Shown here: positions 49,466 through 60,577 of the stretch, piece by piece | Layout: each line of letters begins with the position of its first letter | Numbering within the stretch: position 1 is the first letter of the stretch | Assembly (NCBI RefSeq): GCF_027921745.1 | Contig: NC_079238.1 | Location: forward strand, 248,001-312,000 | DNA from: Schizosaccharomyces osmophilus | Lineage: Eukaryota | Reading direction: 5' to 3' | DNA length: 64,000 bases | Notes under the pieces: generated by a model | Database searches by the model: none | Told to the model about the DNA's origin: nothing | What the model saw: only the letters and a program-made list of their open reading frames with translations | Position numbers and translations under genes: made by a program

Positions 49466-50745
49466 TCAAAAGACGTTGTTTTCAGGTGGTACAAACTGTC
49501 GTAGACGGACACCTCCTTCTTTAAGTATTGATGCAGTATGGTTATCCATACTGTAAGACGTGCTGTAAACAACTAGACGAATCAGGTTAGTATTTCATAG
49601 ATCGCAGTCAACGAACCTTCGCTGATACCGACTTGAGCAATTTTCACCGAGCAAGTTAGACAGGGACACCTTTGAGTACAGTTAGTATGAGGTAGATAGA
49701 TTTCAATAGGCATACGTGTCGCAATATAGAATACCATTGGATCCGACGCGTTCACGTCCAGCTTCCAATAGGGCATTTTCCTCTGCATGAAGACACAGGC
49801 ACGTGTGCAAGTCAGTGCCACAAGACAGAGCAGAGTTACACCTAGGGCATCCGCCTTCATTACAATTTTTTATCCCTCTAGGTGTTCCATTATACCCGGT
49901 AGCAATAATGCGATTGTCACGAACAAGGACACAACCTACACGCCGTTTCATGCAGTTACTTCTCATTGCAGCTAAACTAGCCATTTGCATAAAGTAGCTA
50001 TCCCAAGATGGACGGAATCTATCATTGTTCATCATATCTGCGCTTCTTAGTTTATCCCGCAGAACGGGTTTTTCAAAGGCATCGTTATTGATGTGAACCT
50101 GAGCCAAAGATCGATGACGATTTACGCTATTATCGCTTTTGAAGGCTGCTTCATCTTGAATGGCACAAAATTGCTCGAGAGTAGTATTTTTTTTATGAGG
50201 GTAACTAGATAAAAGCAAGTTATTTTCCAAAAACAATTCAGGTCTAGAGAACAAGGAGGAGAGTGGACGATTTCGACTTAATCATTTATGGATTCGCTTC
50301 CTGTTACAGCAAATGAGAAGCTCGTGCTTGGTCTCCAAGAACCTGATTGCTTACGGGAAATAACTCACAGAAAGATTTGTTAGTAATGTAGCACAATCAC
50401 TTAGAGTCTAAGACACCCTACATACCTTCTGTAACGGCGAAAGCGAGTAAGAACTGGAGCATCAACATAGACAAGAAGGAAAAAGGGTCGTTTTATAATC
50501 CCATTAAGAAACTGAGTAGAGGGAATCCCATTCATGACTAATCTGCTACGCCAACGCTGAGTAACATAATCGATTAACGCGTTGGCTCCTACTAATATTT
50601 CATCGTCGACTTGGTAAACATGGTCGCTTGCTTCGTCCGCCTTGTATACTCGCTCGATAAGTTTAAAATCAAGTTCTTCAACCAAAAACTCTACCAATGT
50701 ATCCTTACCACTGCATATAGGGCCAGTGAGTCCTACTAGTGGCAT
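49466..50745 (-). CDS. dcd1: dCMP deaminase, 4 exons (50745-50426, 50204-49716, 49669-49617, 49572-49466)
   Basis: RPSWDSYFM, RSNCMKRRVG, CLHAEENA, T|CPCLTCSVKI zinc-deaminase motifs; frame verified across the introns. Confidence 0.93.
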
Positions 50746-51233
50746 TTTTTTTATTAAAAGATACGATTCCCAGAGACAAACGAAATGTGATTTTTTTGCA
50801 GATTATTTATTCTCAAATGAGGAGTAGGGTAAAGCTTTTTGTAAAAAAAGGATATCCTTAAAGAAAAGAAAGAAGTGTTGAAAGGGTTTCTAAGAATTGT
50901 CTTGCTATGTATTTTGGACTGTCAAATCAAACGAGAATAGACTCATCTATCGAAAATTCTTTCTCATTTGAAAAGAATCTTTTTATTTTCCAATAGTTAT
51001 CGGTTAGTAATAGTTTTAGAAGTGCTCGTTGAATGAACAACTTGAGATGCCTATATATGAAAAAATTGCGGATACAATGTTTAAGAAAACCTCGTTTTTA
51101 TTCAATAATTTGAAAGTATGAGTTTCTTTCCTCTCGACTTTTCAGAGTATCTCAAAGCCTATACCAGCACTAAACTATACATGCCTTTTCCAACGAACGA
51201 ATTGAGTAGAACCAAACTGTTGGAATTGTAGTT

Positions 51234-51267
51234 TTTGAAGAGAAGTAGACTTTGAAGAGAAGTAGAC
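51234..51267. repeat. 17-bp tandem duplication TTTGAAGAGAAGTAGAC x2
   Basis: Exact direct repeat upstream of csi1. Confidence 0.8.
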
Positions 51268-51350
51268 TAATAAAGGTTCTTGTATATTTAAACGTGCATA
51301 TTGCAGGGAAACAGAAATTTTAAGAATTACGAGTGAAAGCATACAATGAG

Positions 51351-52997
51351 ATGAATCCAGGTAATCCGACTTCTGGATTATGGAGAAAATTTAAGCAATT
51401 CTGGTTGAATGCTAAAAATGAATATTTGGAATGGGAAAGACAACAACTGAACGAGCCGTCGACTAATTTGAGAGAAACTCAAGATAGAAACTCAATAACC
51501 AAAAAACCGGATGTACAGTTTATCCCACCCCCTAATCCTTCTTCTAAAAAGAGAAAAAAGCGGCATGTATCTGAAGACTCTCCCAGAAAAACTCTAGCAA
51601 GAGGTCATACCCCGAAACAGCAGACATCCAACAAGATTGATGTCAAATCAGAACCGACTTCACCAAATAAACGTATTCATCTTGACCTCAATAATGATGA
51701 TTCTTTTGATGCTCCTTTCCTAACCCCTATGAATGATTTATCACCTTCACGTTCGCGATTCCATCCACACCGACAACCCTTACCATCTTCATCTTTGCAT
51801 GCCTCCGGATTTTCCATTCAACCCAGGATTCCTTCTCTTTCTTCTCCATCTCAATTTCATTTTCATGATCCTCCAACACAAACGGATCCTCCTTTCCCTA
51901 CTTCATCTCCGAAAACTGCTACACATACGAATTCCGAATCATTGGTTCTTTTTCAAAGGCTTGAAAGTATCGAATCTATGTTACATAATTTACAGGATAA
52001 ATTAAACAACTACGAACGAAATACTAGCGCAAGCCCTCTTTTGTTTGGACCACCAAATGGCAGGTCTTCCCCTTCGTTACCGAACTTCCCTAGCCATTCG
52101 ACTCCTCTCCCTTCAGCGCTCTCTCAGCAGCAGGACTCGAATCTTCAAAGAAATTTCCTAAATTTCTCATCCGGCAGGAACGAAATTTCTGGCTCAGTCG
52201 AAGAGAATCGTGAAGTGAAAAAGAATGGTAAGGAACTTTACGAACTCAGTAGTGAAAGCTCATCTGAATCTGAAGATTCCTTAATCTTGGAAGAATTTTC
52301 TGAGTCCCGTGCATTCAATTCCCCAAAAGCCACCCAAGACAACAATTTGCAAACGCTGGACGCAAAGAAAGGAACTGGGAACAATGTATCTTATAATATA
52401 TCTGCCTCTTCAACGCTTGGAAATCAGAATGAACCTTCAAATCAAAACATGTTTGATACTTCTACTCCGATTTCCAATCGGACAGCAGCATCTGCTGATA
52501 AACATACGGAAATGAAAAAAGAGACGCCAGATTTGTCAAATAATAAAGATACCATCTTAGCTGGTGGAAATACGGAAATGGCTCAGCATGAACCACTCAA
52601 GGAGCAACCAGCTGGTTCAAGCTATATAGACACTAAAAATGATTCTGCTGACCATCGTCAGAAAAACAACAAGAGTGTTCCAACGACAGGAATATCTAAC
52701 GAAAGGCCAGACATTAGCACAACCATGTTTGAACAATTAACACCCATCCCTAAAACATCATGGAGTCGCTACAGCCAGAAACGAGAAGTTCCAAATACGG
52801 TGGTCGAACATCCAAGAAAAAGCCCTTCCATAAATAGCCAGACTCAGTCACCAAGGCAGGGGCAAGAAAGTACAAGTAACGATATTGAACATACAAAAGA
52901 GGCACTTGCAAGACTTCGATCAAAAATGCAAGAACGTTTGAAGAGACGCAATTCTGAAAGGAAAAATCAAACACAAGAGTCTCATCGCGGGCGATGA
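51351..52997 (+). CDS. csi1: centromere-SPB clustering protein Csi1-like (disordered, coiled coils)
   Basis: Long S/P-rich ORF, N-terminal LWRKFKQFW, NLS KKRKKR, central and C-terminal coiled coils; name from synteny. Confidence 0.65.
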   Translation: MNPGNPTSGLWRKFKQFWLNAKNEYLEWERQQLNEPSTNLRETQDRNSITKKPDVQFIPPPNPSSKKRKKRHVSEDSPRKTLARGHTPKQQTSNKIDVKSEPTSPNKRIHLDLNNDDSFDAPFLTPMNDLSPSRSRFHPHRQPLPSSSLHASGFSIQPRIPSLSSPSQFHFHDPPTQTDPPFPTSSPKTATHTNSESLVLFQRLESIESMLHNLQDKLNNYERNTSASPLLFGPPNGRSSPSLPNFPSHSTPLPSALSQQQDSNLQRNFLNFSSGRNEISGSVEENREVKKNGKELYELSSESSSESEDSLILEEFSESRAFNSPKATQDNNLQTLDAKKGTGNNVSYNISASSTLGNQNEPSNQNMFDTSTPISNRTAASADKHTEMKKETPDLSNNKDTILAGGNTEMAQHEPLKEQPAGSSYIDTKNDSADHRQKNNKSVPTTGISNERPDISTTMFEQLTPIPKTSWSRYSQKREVPNTVVEHPRKSPSINSQTQSPRQGQESTSNDIEHTKEALARLRSKMQERLKRRNSERKNQTQESHRGR

Positions 52998-53170
52998 GTT
53001 ACTAGATCATGGGACATTTCCAGTGTATTTGAACGATTGAGATATAGGTAATAATATTATGGTTATTAATGTTGCGTATTTCGTAAAAATATCTGAAATT
53101 ATGTTTTACTGTGAAGTAAGGAAATATATAGAAGGGCTGTCATATAAAGCATACAAGACCTGCGTCTATA

Positions 53171-54022
53171 CTATTTCCGTCTCAAACATACAAAATACGC
53201 TTCCCTAGATTCCTTAACAGACGCTTTTGGCTTTTCTATGTGAACACGTTTGAAAACCTTCATTAGAGACTTTTGAAACTCATGTTCTTCCGATCCCATA
53301 TAATATTTACAAACAAAAAATCCCCCAGGACGAAGAAAGGTTTTGGCTAATTGAAATGCGGAATTACATAAATCCTAAAATTGTTAGTTATGAAACAAGA
53401 ACTCCTTAAGCTGTAAGTTTTCGTACCATAGATACGGCATGATCTCGAATGCGTATGCCGGTAGTTGAATGAAGCCTAGTAAGAGTTAGATGAAAAGCGA
53501 TTGATATGAATCCTTACATATCACTCAAAATTGTATCTACAATCAAGTCATTTGTCTTTGGTTCCTGTCGATGTTGTTGGAAAGCATCTTGTATTTTGGC
53601 CTGTGTTTGAGGGTCCAACATATCGCCGTACACTGGAAAGACTCCTTGCGGCGGCGACACATTTTGAATATCCACTGCAACGACAAATCCTTCGGCGCCT
53701 ACAGCCGTCGAGGCTACTTGAGACCAAGAGCCTGGAGCGAATCCCTACAAATGGTCAGAAAATCAAGAAGTAGCTTTGGAATCCTGCCTACCAAATCAAT
53801 AACCCCAAATCCTTTTTTCAAGAACCTATGTTTTTGGTTTAACTTTATGAATTAGTAATGCTGTTGAAGCGAATTCTCTACAAAAATGGAGCATTATCAT
53901 TGTCATACTTCCAGTAATTTATAAGCAGCTCTAGACCGATAATTATCAACTTTGGATTGTTTACGAAAAGCGTCTTGCGAACGTTTAGCAGCCCATGACC
54001 AAAAGGGGACCGTCTGTCTCAT
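53171..54022 (-). CDS. mrm2: mitochondrial rRNA 2'-O-methyltransferase (FtsJ family), multi-exon
   Basis: YRSRAAYKLLE, APGSWSQVA, VDTILSD, FVCKLY, KPKASVKESREAYFV. Confidence 0.88.
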
Positions 54023-54804
54023 TTCGTTCCATGGATTTGGTGGTTTCTGGGACCTTGCAAGGAACAAAAAAAATTGAAAATTGAAAATAAAATAAAATAA
54101 AACAAAACAAAATAAGAAATAAGAAATAAGTGCTATATTAAAGGTCTTTAGTCTACTAGCGATAGCAGTGGTAGCAGTAATTATTTGTATGTACCAGCAT
54201 GATATTTCACCAAGATTACCATCACACGTCTCAACTCCATTTACAAATTCAATGGAATGTCTCATCTTTTGGTTTCTTTGCAAGCCCACTTAACAAGCAT
54301 ATAATTGCGATGGCAACGCTTCTAGCTTTTGCATATAACTGTCAATACAATGCAACTCATTTCATTTTGATATCACAGGCGTTCCACAAACCTAGTCGCA
54401 AAACCTATATGCATTAACTTTACTTTTTATATCTACCAAAACCTTTGGATCCAGGAAACCTTTCAATCGTTGATGATTTGAAAAACAAATATTTCTTTCA
54501 CTTTGTTTACCTTTTATTTGTTTACTAAAAAATCCCAACCTGTATCGTTATATTAGCTTTACAAGTAAGTTCTATTTGCGTAATCCAATGTTTGCGTAAA
54601 GAGAAGTAACACACAATTTTACATAACGATATCAGGGTTCTTTGTAAAATGTTTCTAGCTAGACAGACCAGACCCATACAAAGCTGAATGGATTTATAAG
54701 ATAACAAACTGCAACGGAGACACTATGCAATTTGAGTGAAACTTAAGTAGCGCACTATCTCAGATCTAAACAGACAAAGAACGCGTTTTAATTTACCCAT
54801 AACC

Positions 54805-56585
54805 ATGATTGTCTCTATTCTCGACTATGGGAGTGGAAATGTACGCTCTTTAGTCAATGCCATTCAACATCTTGGATACAAGGTTGAGTGGATTCGAAGT
54901 CCCGAAGAAATTGCAAACGCTGAGGTATGGAAGAAGCTAATGAAGAATTGCTAGTACATCCACTATTCATTCAAAAGAAATGGAAGGCTTGATGGCATTG
55001 TAATTTGAATAAACTATTTTGATGTGGTGATCATCTAGAATTCAATATTGTGAACATATTGTTAACATAGTGTTAGTGCTTGATTTTCCCTGGCGTGGGT
55101 AATTTCGGCTTTGTGTGCGATTCTTTAGCAAAGGAAGGATATCTTGAAGCATTGCGCGATTATGCACTCTCTGGAAAACCTTTTATGGCTGTCTGTGTCG
55201 GTATACAAGCTTTGTTTGAAGGTTCAGTAGAAGCACCTGAATCCAAGGGTCTTGGTATCTTCCCTGGATTGGTGCAAAAGTTCCAGAGCAAGAACAAAAG
55301 TGTCCCTCACATTGGATGGAATTCCTGTGCTGTTCGTTCCAATACCGAACAAGAACATTATGGCTTAAGGCCTCACGACAAATTTTACTTTGTCCACTCC
55401 TACATGATCCCTACTGCCAATTTACAACTTCCTAGCGATTTCCATGTCGCTACCACCCGCTATGGCGATGAAACGTTTGTGGGTGCTATCATGAAGAAGA
55501 ACTTTCTTGCTACACAGTTCCACCCAGAGAAGAGTGGTGCTGCTGGTTTACGCTGCATAGAAGCTTTCTTATCTGGAAACTATGAAAAAGCCATTAGTGG
55601 CGTGGATACTCAATTGCTAGAAAACTCTAGCGGAGGATTGACAAAGCGTGTCATTGCTTGCCTTGACGTCCGTTCAAACGATTCTGGCGATCTCGTTGTT
55701 ACCAAGGGTGACCAATATGACGTTCGCGAGAAAGCCGCTGCCGGTGGTGAAGTTCGCAACCTCGGTAAACCAGTTGAACTATGCCAGCGCTACTTTGAAG
55801 AAGGGGCAGATGAAGTTGTTTTCTTGAATATCACCTCTTTCCGCAACTGTCCCTTGGCAGATGCTCCTATGCTTCAAGTGCTTGCGAAAGCTGCCCAAAC
55901 CGTTTTCGTTCCTTTAACTGTCGGTGGTGGGATTCGTGAAATCGTCGATCCTGATGGTACAGTATACTCTGCTGTCGAAGTAGCAGGCACTTATTTCCGT
56001 TCAGGTGCTGACAAGGTGTCCATTGGCAGTGATGCCGTGTATGCCGCTGAACAATATTATGCAAATGCCCAAAAATTAACTGGAACTACTGCTATTGAAA
56101 CCATTTCTGCGGCGTATGGTTGCCAGGCTGTTGTTATTTCCATTGATCCCAAACGCCAGTATGTTAAAAGCCCTGAAGAAACCAAGCATCATGCTATCAA
56201 AACTCCTCATCGCGGCCCGAATGGGGAAGAATATGCTTGGTATCAGTGTACCGTAAAGGGAGGAAGAGAATATCGTGATATAGACGTTGTTGAATTGGCT
56301 AGAGCATGTGAAGCTATGGGAGCTGGCGAAGTCCTCTTGAACTGCATGGATCAAGATGGTTCCAATGCTGGATATGACATTGGGTTGGTTCGTCTGGTTA
56401 AAGAATCCGTCAAGATTCCTGTTATAGCTTCTAGCGGTGCAGGCGTTTCTGAGCATTTTGAGCAAGTATTCAAGGCAACTGAGTGTGATGCAGCACTTGC
56501 TGCTGGCATCTTCCATCGCAAGACTTGTAGTATTGAAAATGTAAAGGAACACCTTCAAAAATCAGACGTTCTTGTACGATTATAA
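54805..56585 (+). CDS. his4: imidazole glycerol phosphate synthase HisHF, 2 exons (intron 54925-55076)
   Basis: [16 protein letters not shown]|..[34 protein letters not shown]. Confidence 0.95.
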
Positions 56586-56721
56586 TAGTGATTACTGTCA
56601 CAATTTTGGATCCTCTTTTTTCCGTTTCTTATTCTTTTTTGGTTTACAGCACCGCAGAAGCATGTACAAATAGAAAATGTTTATTAGATATTATTTTAGT
56701 TATCAACAATCAAAAAGTTAT

Positions 56722-58344
56722 TTAGTCTCTATGAGGTTTTTTTAGTCGTGACATAATAAATGTAGAAATATCTTTGTCCAGTATAAGTATAGCAACGGCA
56801 TAGATTATTGCTAAAGTGGGTGCGGATGCGACAAACAAAAGTAATCCAATACTGTGATTTTCAAATTGATGAAGAAGAGTTTTGCTAACGATTGAAAGCA
56901 AACCAGCCATAAGGGTAATCAATGACCCCGGCATGGACTTGGAGAATCTGAGGAAAGGAAAGTTTTTATGAACAAAATGAACGACAAATAAGATACGAAT
57001 TGTAAGATTGGAGATGTTGGCCAAAACAAGTCCGTGAGCTCCTAAAGATAACCAATCTAAAAACACTTTCCCGCTTACAAAATACAAGATGGTAGAAAGT
57101 AAAAAGCATCTACTTTGACTCAGGAGTTGGAAAGAACTGGCCGTAGATACGAAAAAAGCTTCCAAAACGCCATTCACGGCCATAAAGGGGATGTAAAACG
57201 CATACCAAGATAGAACACTAGCGCTTTCATCGGAGGTCCACTGCTTACCAGCTCCAAATTTTAAAACAATAGTTGAATAGTTATACCCAAAAATGACAAA
57301 CATAGAAAGATAATAATATAACTTTAAAATCCAAAGAAGAAGAACAGTTGCTTTTCTTTGGTCCTCTTTTTCAGGTGAATGTGTCAATTGAGCAAACACA
57401 ATTCGAGAATGCTCCTCTAACGGACGAAACAAGATTCTGGCAATCAAAGACCCGTAATTTGATGCTAACGCGTAGGGACCTTGTACTGAAGGTGCAGCGT
57501 ACCAAGCAATCATTATCTTGTCGCCTTTTGTCATTAAATGCTTGAGTAGGAGATGAAACGTATGCGAAGAAATGACACCGAGGAAAGACTCCTCCCAATA
57601 AATCAATTTCCCTTCATGCAATACTCGTCGAGGGAAAATGAATAGTGACTTTGCATTGGCAACTGAATATAAAGCGACAAAATTAACGACAGATTCCATA
57701 AGTGTTCCCAGAGCGAACGGGAGAACGGAAAGGTTTTTATTTTGAAAAAGAAGGAAGATAAAGAACGAGGTTACTGTATTGGAAATGATTCCTAGACCCT
57801 CAGCAGAGGCAGTGGGGGAATATTGTCGTCTCCAATGCAGGATTTGATAATAGGGCTCCGAAAGGAGGTAGAGTAAGCCGGCAAAAGAGTACAATAATAT
57901 ACAGGTAGTCTTGTAGGGAAACATTGGCATAGCATATAAATAAAATAGGGCCACGAGAGTGGAAACAATTACGCCAGCATAAACAGAGATTAAAGAAGCA
58001 TTCTTAACAAGTTGTAGTCTTCCAGAACGGTACTTGGAGTCGGGGATTGGTAATTTCGTTGTATCTTCAATGCAGTTTTCTTGAGAAGGCATACGTTGCA
58101 TAGCAAGACGAACCGATTCCCTACTTACAAACAATATTGTGCTTCTCAATATTTCAAAATGGATAGAGGAATATGCATATGCTCGAGGACTCGTGAATCG
58201 AATCGTTAGTTGATTTAACACGAATGTTAAACCTCGAGAAATGCTTTGAAAAAAGATCGAAGATCCAAGTCCCTTGGAAGAAGAATGCAATAATGAGTCC
58301 GACGTAGACATCTTGGAAGGGCTTGAGTTTTCATTTGGTACCAT
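56722..58344 (-). CDS. rft1: Man5GlcNAc2-PP-Dol translocation protein Rft1
   Basis: SRGLTFVLNQ, STILFVSRESVRLA, QGPYALASNYGSLIARILFRPLEE. Confidence 0.92.
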   Translation of the reverse strand: MVPNENSSPSKMSTSDSLLHSSSKGLGSSIFFQSISRGLTFVLNQLTIRFTSPRAYAYSSIHFEILRSTILFVSRESVRLAMQRMPSQENCIEDTTKLPIPDSKYRSGRLQLVKNASLISVYAGVIVSTLVALFYLYAMPMFPYKTTCILLYSFAGLLYLLSEPYYQILHWRRQYSPTASAEGLGIISNTVTSFFIFLLFQNKNLSVLPFALGTLMESVVNFVALYSVANAKSLFIFPRRVLHEGKLIYWEESFLGVISSHTFHLLLKHLMTKGDKIMIAWYAAPSVQGPYALASNYGSLIARILFRPLEEHSRIVFAQLTHSPEKEDQRKATVLLLWILKLYYYLSMFVIFGYNYSTIVLKFGAGKQWTSDESASVLSWYAFYIPFMAVNGVLEAFFVSTASSFQLLSQSRCFLLSTILYFVSGKVFLDWLSLGAHGLVLANISNLTIRILFVVHFVHKNFPFLRFSKSMPGSLITLMAGLLSIVSKTLLHQFENHSIGLLLFVASAPTLAIIYAVAILILDKDISTFIMSRLKKPHRD

Positions 58345-59146
58345 TTCGTTTACAAGTGTAAAGGCCAAAACAGGAAGAACGGTAATAAACTAATGTATAT
58401 TAGGACACAATTAAAGTAGCATTTCAAGAAGAATATCAACTAATAAATTATCATGCGAATCGATGGTTTTCAAACGACCTCAGGTTAGCTGCTAACTTAT
58501 TCATCATTTGAAAAGCATGACTCAAAATATGACTCTATATATAGGTAATATACAATATGCTCGTATGGGTATAAAAGCATAAATATGCGCGTAAGTGTTT
58601 ACTTCAAAATAAAGACCTCTTTGTTGAGCTATGGATGCAAAAAGATATTGTATTGAAGAAAATGACAGCTTATAAAACTATTAAAACTCGAATTTCCACG
58701 AAAAGGCCAACTTTGTATTCGAGCATTCCATGTCTTGCATCTCGTAAATTTGGAGTGTTCTTCAATTCAAAAGGTATTTATTCTGTTGTGGGAAAAGTGC
58801 TGTTTATTGGCAAAAACAAAGTCATTATCGTTAAATTAGACTTAAAAAAGGCTTTAACGTTGATCAAAGGATAGGTTTGGAAGGATATAATTTGATTGAT
58901 TGAAAAAGTCGTCTGGTTTTGCATAAACGATTCTTGAAGGACATCTCATTCTTTTGGATGCAAAGAAAGGGCAATAAACAGAGAAACTGCTGGCTGGTTT
59001 TCTCTTTCGTTTGTGGAGTATAAGCAGACGTTCTTTGGTTCAAACCGTTTGTGGATGAAAACGAAGTGTATAGCTGGAAATCGGATTCAGCAGTTTAGTA
59101 TATTCCTCCTTTTGTGTTTCTCAATATTTGCATGTGTTCCATCGAA

Positions 59147-60339
59147 ATGACAGAAACATCCGTTGAAAGAGTCGAAACAACTGTTCAAAAAAAGTCGAAT
59201 GCCAAAGGGGAATCCCGGGTTTTACTGGATGTCATCTCTGAGCTTCAACATTTACTGGGAAATGAATATGAGACGTATACGATGTGCGTCACGGACTTTA
59301 TTGTTGGTCAATTGAGTCGCAAAGAATTGAATAATGTACTGTCCAAGTACTCTAATGATTCGAGATTTGGTAAGCAGCTATGGAAAAATTTATTGCTAAC
59401 GATTAGTCCAATTGCATAACCAAATAATTTTAAGTATAGTCAGAGATTTGCAAAGATCAGGAAAGTCTGTCGTGAATAATTTGCCATGGGTGAAACGAAA
59501 ACGATCTGATGGAGCTTTGTTTGTTCACAAAAAACACACCTCGCATAATACACAAGCTAAAAAATTGAAAAAAATTATTCTTTCTTTAAGTTCTAAGGAC
59601 AGGGCGCGGATTAAGGCGGTTTTGAAGGTAAGTCATGAAAGAATGTTTGGACTCTTTGTCTATTTAAACTCCTAGTGTTTAATTAGAGCTAAATGTTTAG
59701 GAAAATACTGGCTTTCAACCACAGCTTCCTGGACTATTACTGGAAACGAGAATTGCCAAACTGCCTAAAATTCCAGTTTCTCGTGATAAACTAAATTCTG
59801 GTACGCACCGATTGTATTGAGTTGCTTCTTTTCTCTAATATCTTTTAGTATTTGTTAATGATATTAAGGCTGGTTACGTTGCTCCCCTCGCCTCTGAAAC
59901 TTTGGAAGTTCCTGATGCCGATTCCCTGAAAGAACGCATCACTGCAATTGCTTTAGAAAATGGTTTATTAGGAGGGATTGAAAAATCTGTTCCTGAAGTT
60001 ATTTTGGCGGGATTGGAAAACCATCTAAAAAATATTTTCTCGAAGTGCTTTTCCATTTTGGATAGGCTGATGGAAAAAAGACAGCACCATGATTCTTCAT
60101 TTACATTACAAGATTTAAGCTTGACTTGGTCAATAGAACCGCATATGCTCGTTGAAGAGTATCCTCATAATGCCAAAATTCCGTTTCTACTTCATGACGC
60201 TGCTATGGAGGATGAACTAAATACAGCTACCAAAGAATTTTCTTCTCCTTTACCCGACTACATGAAGCCGATGGACACGTCTTCTGATGAGCGCGAAGCA
60301 GTAGCAGCTTTGCTAGACGATGTAATTCCTTTAGATTAA
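59147..60339 (+). CDS. hfi1: SAGA complex subunit Hfi1/Ada1, 4 exons
   Basis: FIVGQLSRKEL, LHNQII, PLASETLEVPD, ITAIALENGL..GLENHLKNI SAGA-Tad1 motifs. Confidence 0.85.
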
Positions 60340-60577
60340 AACAACGGCCTTTAGTAGAGTGTAGCATAGTTGCTTCTACTATTATAATCTTCTTCACGGT
60401 CCTCTATTAATGAAATTACCTTTTTGATTTGAGTTAAACAACTTTTCATTTTTTTTCAAGGAATACCACCATTAATAATTTATTAGATAGATACTTGTAC
60501 AAATTAATTAAAATAACAAAAGAGAGAAAGAATTCCCATCATCCAAAAGGAAAAAAACTAGAAACACAACCAAAGTA

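Noticed and set aside
50355..50363. 9-nt in-frame microexon TTATTTCCC (GAG|...|GTAAGC) inside dcd1 intron 1
   Set aside because: The protein aligns to the remembered S. pombe sequence without it and GAG is a poor acceptor; it cannot be excluded as a minor isoform
58635..58874. 79 aa ORF between rft1 and hfi1
   Set aside because: No recognisable motif or splice support; probably a chance ORF in a divergent promoter
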